Assembly: GCF_964194155.1 (NCBI RefSeq)
Contig: NC_135882.1
Location: forward strand, 15,996,001 to 16,060,000
Direction of reading: 5' to 3'
DNA: 64,000 nucleotides
From: Cetorhinus maximus
Taxonomy: Eukaryota
Under the pieces are notes generated by a model. It was not told the DNA's origin. It searched no databases and worked only from the letters and a program-made list of their open reading frames with translations. Shown piece by piece: positions 23,159 through 35,379 of this stretch. The first letter of the stretch is position 1, and each line of letters starts with the position of its first letter. Both the position numbers and the translations under genes were made by a program.

Positions 23159-25454
23159 GTGCTCCTCTCCGCAGATGCTGCCAGACCTGCTGAGATTCTC
23201 CAGGTGTTTTAGTTTTTGTTTTGGATTTCCAGCATCCGCAGTTTTTTGCTTTTATCTTCATATAATCATTGTTTAGAATGGGCTTTGTTTCACTTTCGTG
23301 AGGAGCCTGATCCAGCCATCCACTCTGCCTTTCCAAGGTGGGGAGGAGGCAAAGTGGGGAAAGAACAACGGGTATCAGAAAAATTACATTCAATCATCAC
23401 CGAACAACAGTCAGGGGTGGGACGACTGGCTGACTTTTCTGACCCTATTGCAGGGAACCGATGCCAATTCAAGCCCCCTAATTGCAATCGCCTGTCAAAG
23501 CACAGCCAGGGAGTGGATGACACTGGGGCCTTAGAGCCTGAATGTTCGATACCACATCTCCCAAACCGTTCACCCACTGAGTTAAGCCAGCAGGGGAGCT
23601 GTGTAAATTGAAATTTAAAATTGAAAAACTGGGGCTGAACTATGCCAAGCATTTATCTTTAATGCAATTTGTGGAATGTGTTTTCTTGAATTAAAATACA
23701 AAATTAAATAGGGTTGAACAAGTTTACGGTGAACTGATGGAAGCTTTCTTCACCACCTATTAGAGTGAGGCAGCAGGACTTTTTGGTGCAGGCTGTAGTT
23801 TGCATTTATAGCTTATAGACCAGCTCAAAGCCTTATTAAGGTGAGGCCGCCGCATACAAAGTCTGGGTGAGTACCACAGTGCAACATCTGGATAAAACCG
23901 GAACAATGAAAGATCTCCTGTTTGTGAAGTTGGTCTTGTGAGGTCAGTGGATCTCACTTCACCAGAGATCTGATCTAACCCAAACTGTCTCCTTTGCATT
24001 TACAGTAGAATTTTAGTCTCCCAATTTTATGCATCTATGGTTTACCTAGTGGAGCTCAGTTAATGTAATGAGAACTGTCATGGAGATATAGAGAGCTATA
24101 GCTGGCTGCACTTCTAAAATAAAGCATCAAAACAGTTAAAATAAAATATTGTTCAATAAAAGCAGCGCAAAAGCATTTAAAGTTGTTTTTATTTTTATTT
24201 TGGATTTAGTACGGCTCTAAATTGGCAGGCTCCTAATCAATGCATGGGTCTCATAGAAATCAGCATGCCCCCCAAAGGTCTTCTGGCCTTAAAGAAGGAA
24301 AGAAAGACAGACTTACATTTCATGACAAAAGCATTTTACATACAATTAAGTAGAAAAGTTGGAAGTTTTCTTGGGGGTTGCCTCTGGCTACACAAGAGCA
24401 GTGTGTTGAGATTCGATGGTCCAAGCACCACACTATATCCAATCTAACTTGTAACCAGGGTGCCCAAAGTACTTTACCTTGGCCATATGCAGCCTACAAA
24501 TAGCCATGAACTAGCCAATGAACTTGTTTCTACTCACCCCATGGCTTTTATTTGTTGGCTTACCGGAAAATTGAAGCTTTGCATATAGGGCTGTTCTTAA
24601 GTGCTGTTCATGATAAACCTAAGCACCAAGATCTATTAGTAATTTGAAATATATGCAGATGAATAGGAACATTGATTTAAGCGCTGTTGAGGTGACTGTG
24701 ATCTGGAGTCATGGGGCAGCCTGTCATTTTCCTATCCTTTCCTTCACAGGCTTGTGTTTGCCTGAGCTATTAACCATGCTAACTCTGATCACCACTGGGA
24801 GCAGGAAGATTGCAGAATCACCCATTATATGGGGTTTACAAAGCCTCATATTCGAAACCTGATTGTGCCTCAAAGACAAAAAAGCTCGGACACTCCTGAT
24901 TTAAAATTTACGCTCACATCACTGATCACAAAGACGGAAGGGAAATGAATGAATTTATTAGAATATGCTTCACAAAAGTACCATTTTTTTCCCATTGAAA
25001 AGAAATTCTGTTCTCTAAAGATAACTCCGTACTAATCCTTCCGCAAATGTTAACCTTAAGTATGTCATAACTCTCCATTTGATTTAGAAATTCTACTGAC
25101 TGTATAAATCTGTCAATCACAGGGCAGGTGGAAACAGGTGCTGGTATGTGTGGGTGGGTTTATTCAACCATAAACTGGAGATAAAGTCTGACGTATAGTG
25201 ATAACACTTCCTGCTCCTTCTGTCAATGCTGCATTGAGCTGAAGGTTTCATAATGAGAAACCTGCTCACACCACATAGATGGCAGAGACTGTGTAGTGCA
25301 GAAATGCTATACACTCTTAGCCCATAAGACAGGTTCAACCTTAGCACAGGGCACGGGGGTGTGGGGGTGGTGCTGGGTGGGGTGAGACACCCAGATCATC
25401 TTGCATAATATTTATATTTCTTTTCACAATAGTGCTTACAATTAAAAGCAAACC

Positions 25455-26095
25455 TCAGCTATTTTGATTTCCAAATCCCTCCATGGCCTCATCTCCTTCA
25501 GCTCTACAAACCTCTGCGAACTGTGCGTTCCTCAAACTCTGGCCTCTTGTGCACCCCCTATCTGCTTCACCCCAGCATCGGTGGCCGTGCATTCAGCTGC
25601 CTATGCCCCAAGCTGTGGAATTCTCTTCAAAACCTCTCCGCCTCTCTCTCTCTCTCCCCCTTTTAAGACACTGCTTAGAAACGACCGCTTTGACCAAATG
25701 CTTGGTTACAATGGGCTCCGGCGGGATTTTACACACCCGCCCGCCGCCGCGATCTTCCAGTCCCGCCGCAAGCCAATAGACTTCTGTCTGGGGCACCGTC
25801 TGGCCCGCGGCGGCTCCCACCCGCAATGGGGCCGGAAAATCCCGGCCCTAATGCTTCCACAAGCAGTCAGGGCCTGGGTACAGTTGCAAGCTTGCAGTTC
25901 ATTGCCAAGTATGGAAAGCAACCAGAGAGCTGCAGCAGATAAAAAATCAATAGGAAAGTACCTTAATCGAAACAGGTTCTCAGCATATGGAGCCTTTGGC
26001 TTAGTGTGAATTTTTGTTTCACAACAGCCCTGTGAAGTACCTTGGGACCTGTTACTACATTATTGGTGGTATACAAATGCAGGCTATTGTTGATC
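25455..26095 (+). mobile_element. L2 LINE 3' end interrupted by a MITE and a locally copied segment
   Basis: tttccaaatccctccatggcctc...ctttgaccaa, then resumes as tggcttagtgtgaatttt...cctgtgaagtaccttgggac. Confidence 0.65.
25719..25848. mobile_element. ~130-bp Harbinger-type MITE
   Basis: TIR CGGCGGGATTTT / AAAATCCCGGCC. Homologous to 51349-51477 and 52823-52954. Confidence 0.8.
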
Positions 26096-28060
26096 AGATG
26101 CCTGTCTAAACTTGTAGGATGTACCAGAGGCCTGGTCATTGCATGTGGGCAGATGTTTTAGTTCCATTAAGAACCATGACCAAAAAGTTCTGCATTCTTT
26201 CTCAATGCTATCTTGTCAACTAACTATACCTATAAATGTTATGATAGAGGGTTAGTATTTGAGTACCTCTGTGGTCATCACATTAAACCACAGTTTAGAT
26301 ATGTTTTACTATAATGTGGTGTGATTCATTGTTTCATTACTTTCACTCTGCTTTAATCAGACCGAAAGTCTATTTAGTTATCACTGCCTATTATATAGTT
26401 CAAACATTTGCATATGAAGCCTCCCCACTCCCCCTTCAGAAACCAACTTAAAGCACAAAATGATTCACTTCATGCTCTACATTTTCCACAGCTGTACTTT
26501 CCAGTAACGCACAGTGACTATTTTCTATCAAGAAACTGAAAAAACTATGTCTTTGGAATATACATTTCTGCTTTGGGCCCCTGGGCATTTCTGTGATGGA
26601 GTGTTCAATTAACCAACCACAACAACCGCTCAGCCATAACGTCCATCAGGTTTCCAGAAACAACATGAAGCAAACATCTATTTAAATCAACACATCAATC
26701 AGCACAGACCTGATGGGACAAATGGCCTCTTTCTGTGCTGTAGAGTCCCCTGACTATGAATACGCTAACACAATATGCAAAGGACACTCTCCAATTTTCT
26801 ATTGAACGCTAATTGAATTAAGGTGGTCAAAATTCAGCCTATAATATAATTGTTTTATTTTAGCTTTCTAAAGCTCCTGCTTTTTCCTTTTAGGAACAGG
26901 AGTAGGCCATTCAGACCCGTGTGGTTCCCTTCAATTCGATCGCAGTTATGCTGCACCTCAACTCCATTTACCTGCTGTGGCTCCATAATCCCTCAAAATG
27001 CTTGCCTAGCAAAAATTGATATAATTTTACCCGAGTGGCAATTGTGGTATTTTAGTATAAACCACAGCACTTTAAAGAACAAAAAGGAAGGTTCTTGTGT
27101 AGTTCCCCATTGCATCTGTCAAAAACGCTTCAGGGCACTTTGCTTGCAGTGGATTACTTTGAAGTGAACCTCGTCATGAAACTGGAATTTCAACGCTTCA
27201 GGTTAACTGCAATGGAAGACCAGAATAGTGGAACTCACCCCACCCCAACACCCCCCACCCCCGATTCTCTCCATGAGGAAATGAGCACCCAAGTGATTTG
27301 CAGTGGTTTCCGCTGGAAAATCTCAGCATGTGCATTTGTTCAATCATTTTGCCTTTTCCAAGATGCTTCTGTCAAAGCCCTCATCTACCCAGGCTCACAG
27401 CGCTGATCCGGATCAGGGATTTACACTGGCATAGATTTACACCTAGGAATTTAAGCATAGTACGGCTCCAAACCACCCGATGCCAGCTTCACTGATACGG
27501 CTGGAGTTTGATCATAATTTTTGCCGTCCTTTGATTAGACACAGAAGTGAGGGTCCGACTGCCCTCTCAGGTGAAAAAAAGGATCCCATGGAAGTGGTGT
27601 GGAAGAATTCATCAAGTGACCTGGCCAACAATTTATCCCTCAACCAATGGGTAAAACAAATAATCTGGTCATTTATCTCGTTGCTACTTGTGGGACCTTG
27701 CTGTGGGCAAATTAACTGTTACATTACCTGTAACACAAGATTGATTACACTTTAAAGTGCCTTACCATTTGTAAAGCACTTTGTGACATCCTGAGGTCAT
27801 GAAAGGCGCCACATAAATACTAACCTTTCTTTCTATTTGTATCAGCCAGTGCTTGGAGGCTCCGTTGGAAAGTAAGTGGGAGAAAGTCACAGATTGCATT
27901 TCTGTCATCCGTTTGTGAGCTCCACAACCAGTCAGGGCCTGGGGTGCAGTTGGAAGCCTGCAGTTCACTTCCTCTGCATTGCCAAGCACTGAAGGCAACC
28001 ACAGAGCTGCAGCAGATAGAACACCAATAGGAAAGTGCCTTAACTGAAACAGGTTCTCGG
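25852..28060 (+). repeat. ~135-bp direct repeat pair (25852-25982 and 27918-28058)
   Basis: cagtcagggcctggg...gagctgcagcagata...caataggaaagt.ccttaa..gaaacaggttctc occurs twice, ~2.07 kb apart. Confidence 0.85.
27545..27825 (+). mobile_element. Deu-domain SINE, 5'-truncated
   Basis: gactgccctctcaggtg...ggatcccatgg...gtaaagcactttgtgacatcctgaggtcatgaaaggcgc. Confidence 0.7.
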
Positions 28061-28159
28061 TGTAGGGAATGCAACATTACCTTTGGGCCTTCATTACCAT
28101 TACATTAGTTGTCTCACTCAGAGTTGGCTGAAGGACAAGCTTTTTTTTAAATAGAATGG

Positions 28160-28525
28160 TCATGACCAAGCGTTTGGTCATCTGTTCCAATATCTCCTTA
28201 GGTGGTCCAGTGTCAAATTTTGGTTGATAATGCTCCAGTGAGTTGAATTGGGACTTTTATTTAAAGCGCTATATAAATGCAAGTTGTTTTAAGTGCATGT
28301 TATCATATTCAGCTGACTAGGCCCCAAGCTCTAGAATTTCCTCCCTAAACCTCTCCTCCTCTTAGATGCTCCTTAAACCTACCTCTTTGACCAAGATTTC
28401 GGTCACCAACCTTGAAATCTTTTTATGTGGCTCAATCAATGTCAAATTTTGATTGATAATGCTCCAGTGAAGCACCATGGGATGTTTTACTACATTAAAG
28501 GCGCTTATTAAATGCAAGTTGTTGC
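28160..28525 (+). mobile_element. Two adjacent L2 3' tails
   Basis: tgaccaag...gtcaaatttt...ataatgctccagtga...aaatgcaagttgtt occurs twice. Confidence 0.7.
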
Positions 28526-29364
28526 ACAGTAGAGGGCAAACTCTTCAAGTCTGGCCGGATAGAAAAAATAATGAGAGATTGGCACAGGGAGGGGCATACG
28601 TGAATGCCATTGCCCTGCCACTCCAACTCCGACAGTGAGATGAAAGCACCTTTAAGATTCGTGCCATTGCCCAGGAGAAAGGATTCTCATCATTCACACT
28701 GCTCACTCTGCTTCCAAACCATTGAAACCTTCACAATTAAAAAGCACCAGTGTTTGAAGAATCACTTGCTCATTGAATGATGGCACTGGTTAAATTACAG
28801 CAGTTTCCACGTTTTCCTCTCAAGCTAAAATAGCTCAACGCTGCACAAAGGCCCCGAAAGGAAAAGGATGCAATTCCCCACAAGGATCCAGCATCAATGA
28901 GGAAAGTGCAAAACAACCTTGAACTTGTTCAGAGTGTCAGGATGCTGTCAGTTTATTTTTAACATTGAAGGCAGCTAGACTATTCTGCGTTGGAAGATAA
29001 GGTAAACTATAACACATTATTGTATGAGCGATGGATAAAGGATCTTAGGTAAATAAAGATAAGCACTAGCAGCTGGAAATCCACTTGAGGCCCTAGAGAT
29101 ATACAGCCACTTTCTAATGTATACCTCAGTGCATTCCAAACGGCAAGGTCCAGATCAAGAGTTGAATACCATACAGAATACCGTGAAATGGCCAATAGAA
29201 TGCGGCAACATTATCCATAATTTCTTTAAGATAAAAAAATTGACTTGAAATTACTTTTGCATTTTTTTTTATTATGCAGCAGTGGGAATCTAACATCCTC
29301 CACCTCCTGACTTACCTATGTGTGCATTTACAATTTTAGTGAGAACAGGTAGATGTCACTGAAT

Positions 29365-29960
29365 AGGGCGCCCTCGAAATCAGACAAGTGGTTCTGGAGC
29401 AAAATGGCACTGGAAAGCAGTGGGCGATGCCCCTCCTGGAGCACTTAAGTGGCCGATTTAAGGGCCTCTTCCCGCTCCCTCTGGCATTTTACCAGTGCTT
29501 GGGGGACCTGGCGCCAGGTGGGGAGACCGCCAGGTAAATTCTGGTGGCCTCCCGGTGGGTTCTGGGGGATAAGACCATCATTTTCTGGCACCTTTGGCCC
29601 ATGGAGGGGCCAACCTGTAACAGTGGCCCTCCCTACAGCAATGGTGCTGCCTTCCCTCAGCGAGCCCTGCCTTTGCGGTGCCTGCCAGGCTGGCATCAGT
29701 GCCCCTGGGGCCACTTGCCTGGACTTAAGGTGGCCCAGCCATGAATTCGCCCTCATCCTACTTGGGCAGCATCGGCAGGGGGCACCACTCGCAGTGGCAC
29801 TGAAGAGGCTGTATGGCTGTCAGCCCTCTGATTGGGATTAATAGGGATTGCAGGTTGAAGAGATGCAGCCTGAGTCCCGCTGATCGCCAAAGCAGCTTCG
29901 CACCGCCCACCCCACCCAACTTTCCACCTCGGCTACACAACCCCTCCCGCCTCCATAACA
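29365..29960. mobile_element. Degenerate GC-rich MITE-like element
   Basis: Shares cacttaagtggccgatttaagggcctct with ~46080-46120. Termini are not clearly resolved. Confidence 0.45.
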
Positions 29961-30049
29961 GTAAGCCCCTGGTAACCACCCACTGAAAGATGAATTCCAA
30001 AACTGCAGTGAAACCCCATAAAAGGTAAAAGGTTCAGCACGTTTTCAAT

Positions 30050-30437
30050 CGTTCTTGGGATGGGGGCGACACTGGCAAGGCCAACATTTGTTGCCCCTCC
30101 AAATTGCCTTCGAACTAAGTGGCTCACTAGGCCATTTCAGAGGGCAGTCAAGAGTTAACCACATTGCTCTGGCTCTGGAGTCACATGTAGGCCAGACCAT
30201 GTAAGGATGGCAGATTTCCTTCCCTCAAGGACATCAGTGAACCTCGTGGATACAAAAATCAATGATAATTTTAAGGTCACCATTACCAAGGCCAGTTTTC
30301 AATTCCAGATTTATTAATTGAATTTAAATTTCACTATGCAGTTGCTGTGGTGGGATTTCAACCCATATCACCAGTGAATAACCTGGGCTTCACAATTACT
30401 AGAGCAATGAGATTACCAACATGCCATTATCACCCCT
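30050..30437 (-). mobile_element. SINE family A
   Basis: Reverse complement of 160-505 (ggagtcacatgtaggccagac, gcagatttccttcc). Confidence 0.75.
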
Positions 30438-31293
30438 TAACCAGCATGGTGCAAAGTTCCATGGGGAGGTGGTCTTGCAGGTAATGCCTTGCCTCAGTTC
30501 CTCTTAGCGTGGGACTTCATAAATAAGCGCTTGCAAGTGCCTTCACATAATTTTTTCTTTCCAACGCTCAGCACTTAAATTCAACATTTTCCAAACAGCG
30601 GATCAGGCTTTGGAGCCAAAATAACGGCAAGTTTAATGGTGTCACCGTAAATAACACACAAATGGGCTAGCAACTTGTGTGTCAAGAAATAATACGCCGT
30701 GAATTGGGAATCACCTTCAGTGGTGGCATAATTCTTGCCACTCCCTGTTAGCCTCATGAAAGCAGCAGTTTTCCCTCAACCTCCATGTGAGTTTCAAGAA
30801 ATCAACGCATTTGCAGATTAAATCCCCCACCCCTCCCAGTAAACTCGCCAGAGGAAGTTACAGCTGGAACTTAACAGCGCAAGCACCTTTTTATTCAGGA
30901 GGTTAGTGTTCCTGCAATGCCAATCACCCTCTCTAGCCCAGAAAAGGAACAATTGAAATGGTGGAGTCTCATTCCTACAGGCAGTAAATGGTTCTTAGAA
31001 ATTTAAAAAATATATAGGGCGGAATCGTCCCAGATTTGCACTAAGTGTGGTAGCAGGAGGGAAAAAGGATGTTTTACCTGTCGGCTGCAATGGCGGCTTT
31101 CCACATCGTATCATCCCATTCCCGCCTCATTAATAATGCATAGTCGGGAAACACGCCTTTTCGCTGACGGGCAGCCTCTGATTCGCCCGTCACAGCATCA
31201 CCTCGCCGCTTCCTCACGCCAGGCGCCATATTTAAAGTGCAGCCACATGCACATCTCTCAGTGCTTCCAGCCCAGGACTTCTGCACAGGGGAC

Positions 31294-32920
31294 ATGGCCC
31301 CGAAAGGCAAGAAGACTGCAGCCCCCCAATTCAGTGACGCGTCCCTGGAACGTCTTTTGGATGCCGCGGAGGCCCGGCGTGATGTCCTCTATCCCCGCTC
31401 TGGCTGCACGAGGGACAGCAACATTACCAATCCAGCTTGGGAGGCAGTGGCAGAGGCGGTCAGTGCCAATGCTGCATAGAAGAGGTTGGCCACCCAGTGC
31501 AGAAAGAGGATGAATGATTTTTTCCGTGCAGCCAGGGTAAGGCAACCATCTCATCACTCTAAACTCACACAATAACAAGCCCATCACATATTCACTGGCA
31601 TCTCCTTCACTCAAGGGACATCATCACATCTCTCACACACACCCTCACATCTCCATCTGGTCTCATCTCCTCTGGAGACTGCCTCCTCATCCTGTCCATG
31701 GCTCCACTCAGCACACACACATGCACACATGGCACCGTTCTCATTTGGCCTGGCATGCTCCTTGCTCACACTCTCTCCATCTGTCTTCAGGCAGGACAAG
31801 ATTGCGCACAATGAACGGGAGCGGTCCCAGACCGGGGCGGGGGTGGGTGGATAGCCGGACATCAAGGTCCTCACTCTCTTTGAAGGCCACATGTTAGACC
31901 TGGCCGGAGAGGATGTGAATCATTTCTGCAGCAACAGCAAGGATGGCGCCAAACATCTAAGTGAGGATCATGCACCAGATCATCCCTCTGGCAGCTCAAC
32001 TGTGAGTCCACTGTTCTGTGTACCGCTGCAGTCATACACTATTAATCTCCACTTTCTCTCCCAGGCACATCTGCCACGTCGTCCTCAGGCAAACTTGGCA
32101 CCGACAGCACCTCAGACGTGGACCCTTAGGTCAACACCCTCAAAGACCCATCACAGCGCTCACCCACACCCTCCACCAGCGCAGCGCCACACCTCAGTGG
32201 GACCCAAAGTTACAGCAGCAGGTTCACTACCTGTGCGTGCAGCACACAATCTGTTCTAAAGCAGGCGGAGGCAGGAACACGTGAGGTTGCTGGCACTCGG
32301 AGAGCCACTGGAAGCAGGGGATCTGCTGAGTCCGAATCAGATATTTGGCTCAGTCGTCAATCAGTTGTTGGGGCTGCAGCGACAATCACAGGAACAGCGG
32401 GGAGGCGATGACAGGTGCACTCCTCAAGATTGCAAGGGATGATGGAGGAGTCCATCTGCCCTCAGTCTGAAGTGATCACACCGTCATGCCAATGCACCAA
32501 GGTCAACACTGGTAGGATAGTGGCTGCCATGGAGGCCATGTTCCAGGACATCATTCCTGTAGTGCTGCCTGGGCTGAACTCCATCGCTGACGCCTTGGCC
32601 TCCAACAGTGTAAATGTGAGAGGGGTGTGGGCCAGCCAGAACCATCCATCCAGGTGACTCCGGGGGTGTCCGGTCCATCCAAACCTCCTCTTCCTGTGCC
32701 CCAAGCAGCTCCAGCTCCACAGGCCGAGGAGGGTCCACTGCCACACAGCAGGACCCCGAAAGCAGGCCGGGGCCTTCCAGGTCTCGACCCTCCAGAGGAC
32801 GCCCGCCAAGGCCATCACAGACAGGGTGTAGCAGTCAGCAGGCTGCCTCCATCTCCACTGTGAATGTTGGGGAAGAACCATGACATGATGGCAGGGTGAG
32901 GAAGGTTAAGAAGATGTGGT
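31294..32920 (+). pseudogene. Spliced Harbinger Myb/SANT-like protein gene
   Basis: Exon 1 (31294-31536) MAPKGKKTAAPQFSDASLERLL...AWEAVAEAVSA...QCRKRMNDF has one stop, then a GTAAGG donor. Exon 2 from 31795 reads DKIAHNERERSQTG. The C-terminus is basic (GRVRKVKKM). Confidence 0.8.
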
Positions 32921-32959
32921 TACAGAGCCTGGGCATGGTTGTAATCACTTGTACATAGT

Positions 32960-33075
32960 GGCCGGAATTTTGGGGCACCATCGAGCCAGGAACATGTCTG
33001 TAAAATGCAGCAAACCATTCTAAACTCCATTGACTTTGGCGGGACCATAAAATCTGCTGGCATAAAATTCCGCCC
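32960..33075. mobile_element. Short Harbinger-type MITE
   Basis: TIR GGCCGGAATTTT / AAAATTCCGCCC with flanks AGT/AAT. Confidence 0.75.
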
Positions 33076-34892
33076 AATGTTCACTATTGTAAATAAACTC
33101 TCAAGAATGTCTCCTTGCCTATGGCTCCTTGTCCTGATGAGCAGTGTTCGTGTCACTCAGATGTGAAGCTTTGGTCCCTGCTCAAGATAAAGGCAAGTGT
33201 CTCAGTCCAGGTCTTTTTCCCTGCGCTTAGCTTCCCAGCACACTGATAGTGCGCCTTCACTCTCACTGGACACATCAGTCATGCCTGCACCTCGATGGGG
33301 CATATCATTGCTGCCAGAGTGTCCTGGGCACAGAGTTCCATCATTCTCTCTGTGTGCTCTCAGCACCTTTGAGGTTTGGCTGGCACCCTCCATCCCATCA
33401 GCATCTGTGTCCGGTGACAGTGTGGCCCTGAAGGGTTCAGCTCATGAAGGATCAGGAGAAGTTAAAGTTTCCCTGCTGCACCTCCATGGGACGTGACCCT
33501 GATCACAGAGCTCAAGTGAGATGCCATCGGGAGTCAGGCATTCACATAAGCTATCTGGGGATCTATGGAGTGTCCCCACTGCATGTTGTCATCATCATCC
33601 TGGAATGTAGCGACTATGGGCATCCACTGCATCTCCATGACAGGAGCATTATCACAGAGGGTATGTGTGCTGCGATCAGCCAGACAGGAGTCAAACGTTC
33701 ACGAATGCAATGTGAGGATCTATGCTGTCTCCTCACTGCATGTCGTCATCATCCTCCACAAATCTAGCAACTGTGAGGGCCTCCTGAGTGCGCCTGCCTC
33801 ACCCAGCTAGCGCGAGAGCCTCATCACCGTCAGCCTCACCTTCGAGGACATCCTCACCCTCATCCCCGTAGACATCCTCCTTATCGGAGGAGACCTCCAG
33901 CTCCTTCATCTCCTCCTCAGCCATCTCCTCTCCCTGTTGCAGTGCCAGGTTGTAAAGGATGCAGCAGGTGACAACAATGTGTGACACCCTCTGCGGACTG
34001 TATTGCAGGGTTCCACCAGACCGGTCCAGGCACCGGAACCTCATTTTCAACATTCCGATGATTTGCTCCAACAAAGTGCAAGTTGCAGCATGAGCCTCGT
34101 GGTGTCTTCTCTCTGCTGCAGTCTGAGGCCGCCGCATGAATGTCATCAGCTACATCCTCTGTGGGTAGCCCATGTCCCTGAGGTTTCCTGCAGCCTCCGT
34201 GGACCCTGGAAGGTGTCAGGGATCTGAGACCGACTGAGAATGTAGGAATCATGGACACTCCCTGGAAACTGTGCGCAGACCTGCAGGATGTGTTTGTGGT
34301 GGTCGCACACCAGCTGCACATTCAGCGAGTGGAATCCCTTGTTGCCACGGAGATCTGAGCACCATGTGAGTGCAGTCGATGGCACCCTGCACCTGTGGGA
34401 AACCGGAGATCTGGCCTAATCCCAATGCTCTTGTTCCCTTGCTTTCCTGGTCCTGGGCAAAATGCACAAAGTTGTTTGCCTTCACGAAGATGGCATCCAT
34501 GACCTCATGGATGCATTTGTGGATGGAGGCTTGCAATTTCCCACAGAGGTCACCTGTGGAGCCCTGAAAGGAGCCACTGGCATAAAAATTGAGCACCACG
34601 GTCACTTTCACGGCCGCTGGCAGTGGATGCCCTCCATGTCCCCGTGGCGCCAAATCCTGCAGCAGGTGTCAGATGTGACCGACCAGTTCCCTGGACATGC
34701 GCAGTCTCCGCGACACTAGTTCTTGGTCATCTGCAGGAATGACAAGTGTTGTCTATAGACCCTACATCTAGCTAGGCACTGACCAGTGACGGCTCACTGT
34801 TGCTCTTCAGAAACATGCGCGGGAGTCCCAGCCGCCCCTGCTTCTTGAGGGCGCTGCTCCACCTCTGTCCAGCCAAGTGCCTCCATCACTCT

Positions 34893-35105
34893 TGTAATTA
34901 CTTGATGGAGTGGACAAGTTTCAACAAGAAACAGATAAACTTTATTACAGAGAACTTTTCAGGTGCTACACATTTGATCAGGATTCTCGTCAGGAAGCTC
35001 CACCCCCCCAGATTGCACACTTTTAGGGCTCATTGGTCGGAGACTCCTAGAATATCACGTGACCCCTGATAGACAGCAGGAGAGGCTATACCTTCAGTTA
35101 CAACA
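34893..35105 (-). repeat. 3' LTR of the Gypsy element
   Basis: Minus strand TGTTGTAACTG...AATAAA...TTACA, directly after the polypurine tract GAAAGGGGGAAGGAA. Confidence 0.8.
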
Positions 35106-35379
35106 TTCCTTCCCCCTTTCGCTTTACTACAATTTCTATTTACAGGGAAACATTTGAATATCCTACAACCTTATACATACATACAACTTCAGGTGATTAA
35201 AGATCAAGTCTCTGACTTTTGACAATATTGGGTCTCTGTTCATCCAATTTCTAATTTGCTTTGCACACACAGGCGAAGAATCCAATAAATTCAGTAATAG
35301 CACTACTACTTGAGGAAGAGGAGCATGTACAATGCTATCTGGTCACGGGAGGTGACTGAGTGCATCCCCATTGCAATGT

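Larger units (their letters stand above)
22950..23261. mobile_element. Fold-back Penelope pLTR mini-element with two opposed hammerheads
   Basis: 9-bp TSD ATAATCATT (22941-22949, 23262-23270). Arms ~22951-23074 and ~23096-23221 are near-perfect inverted repeats. Same family as 1741-2097. Confidence 0.8.
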
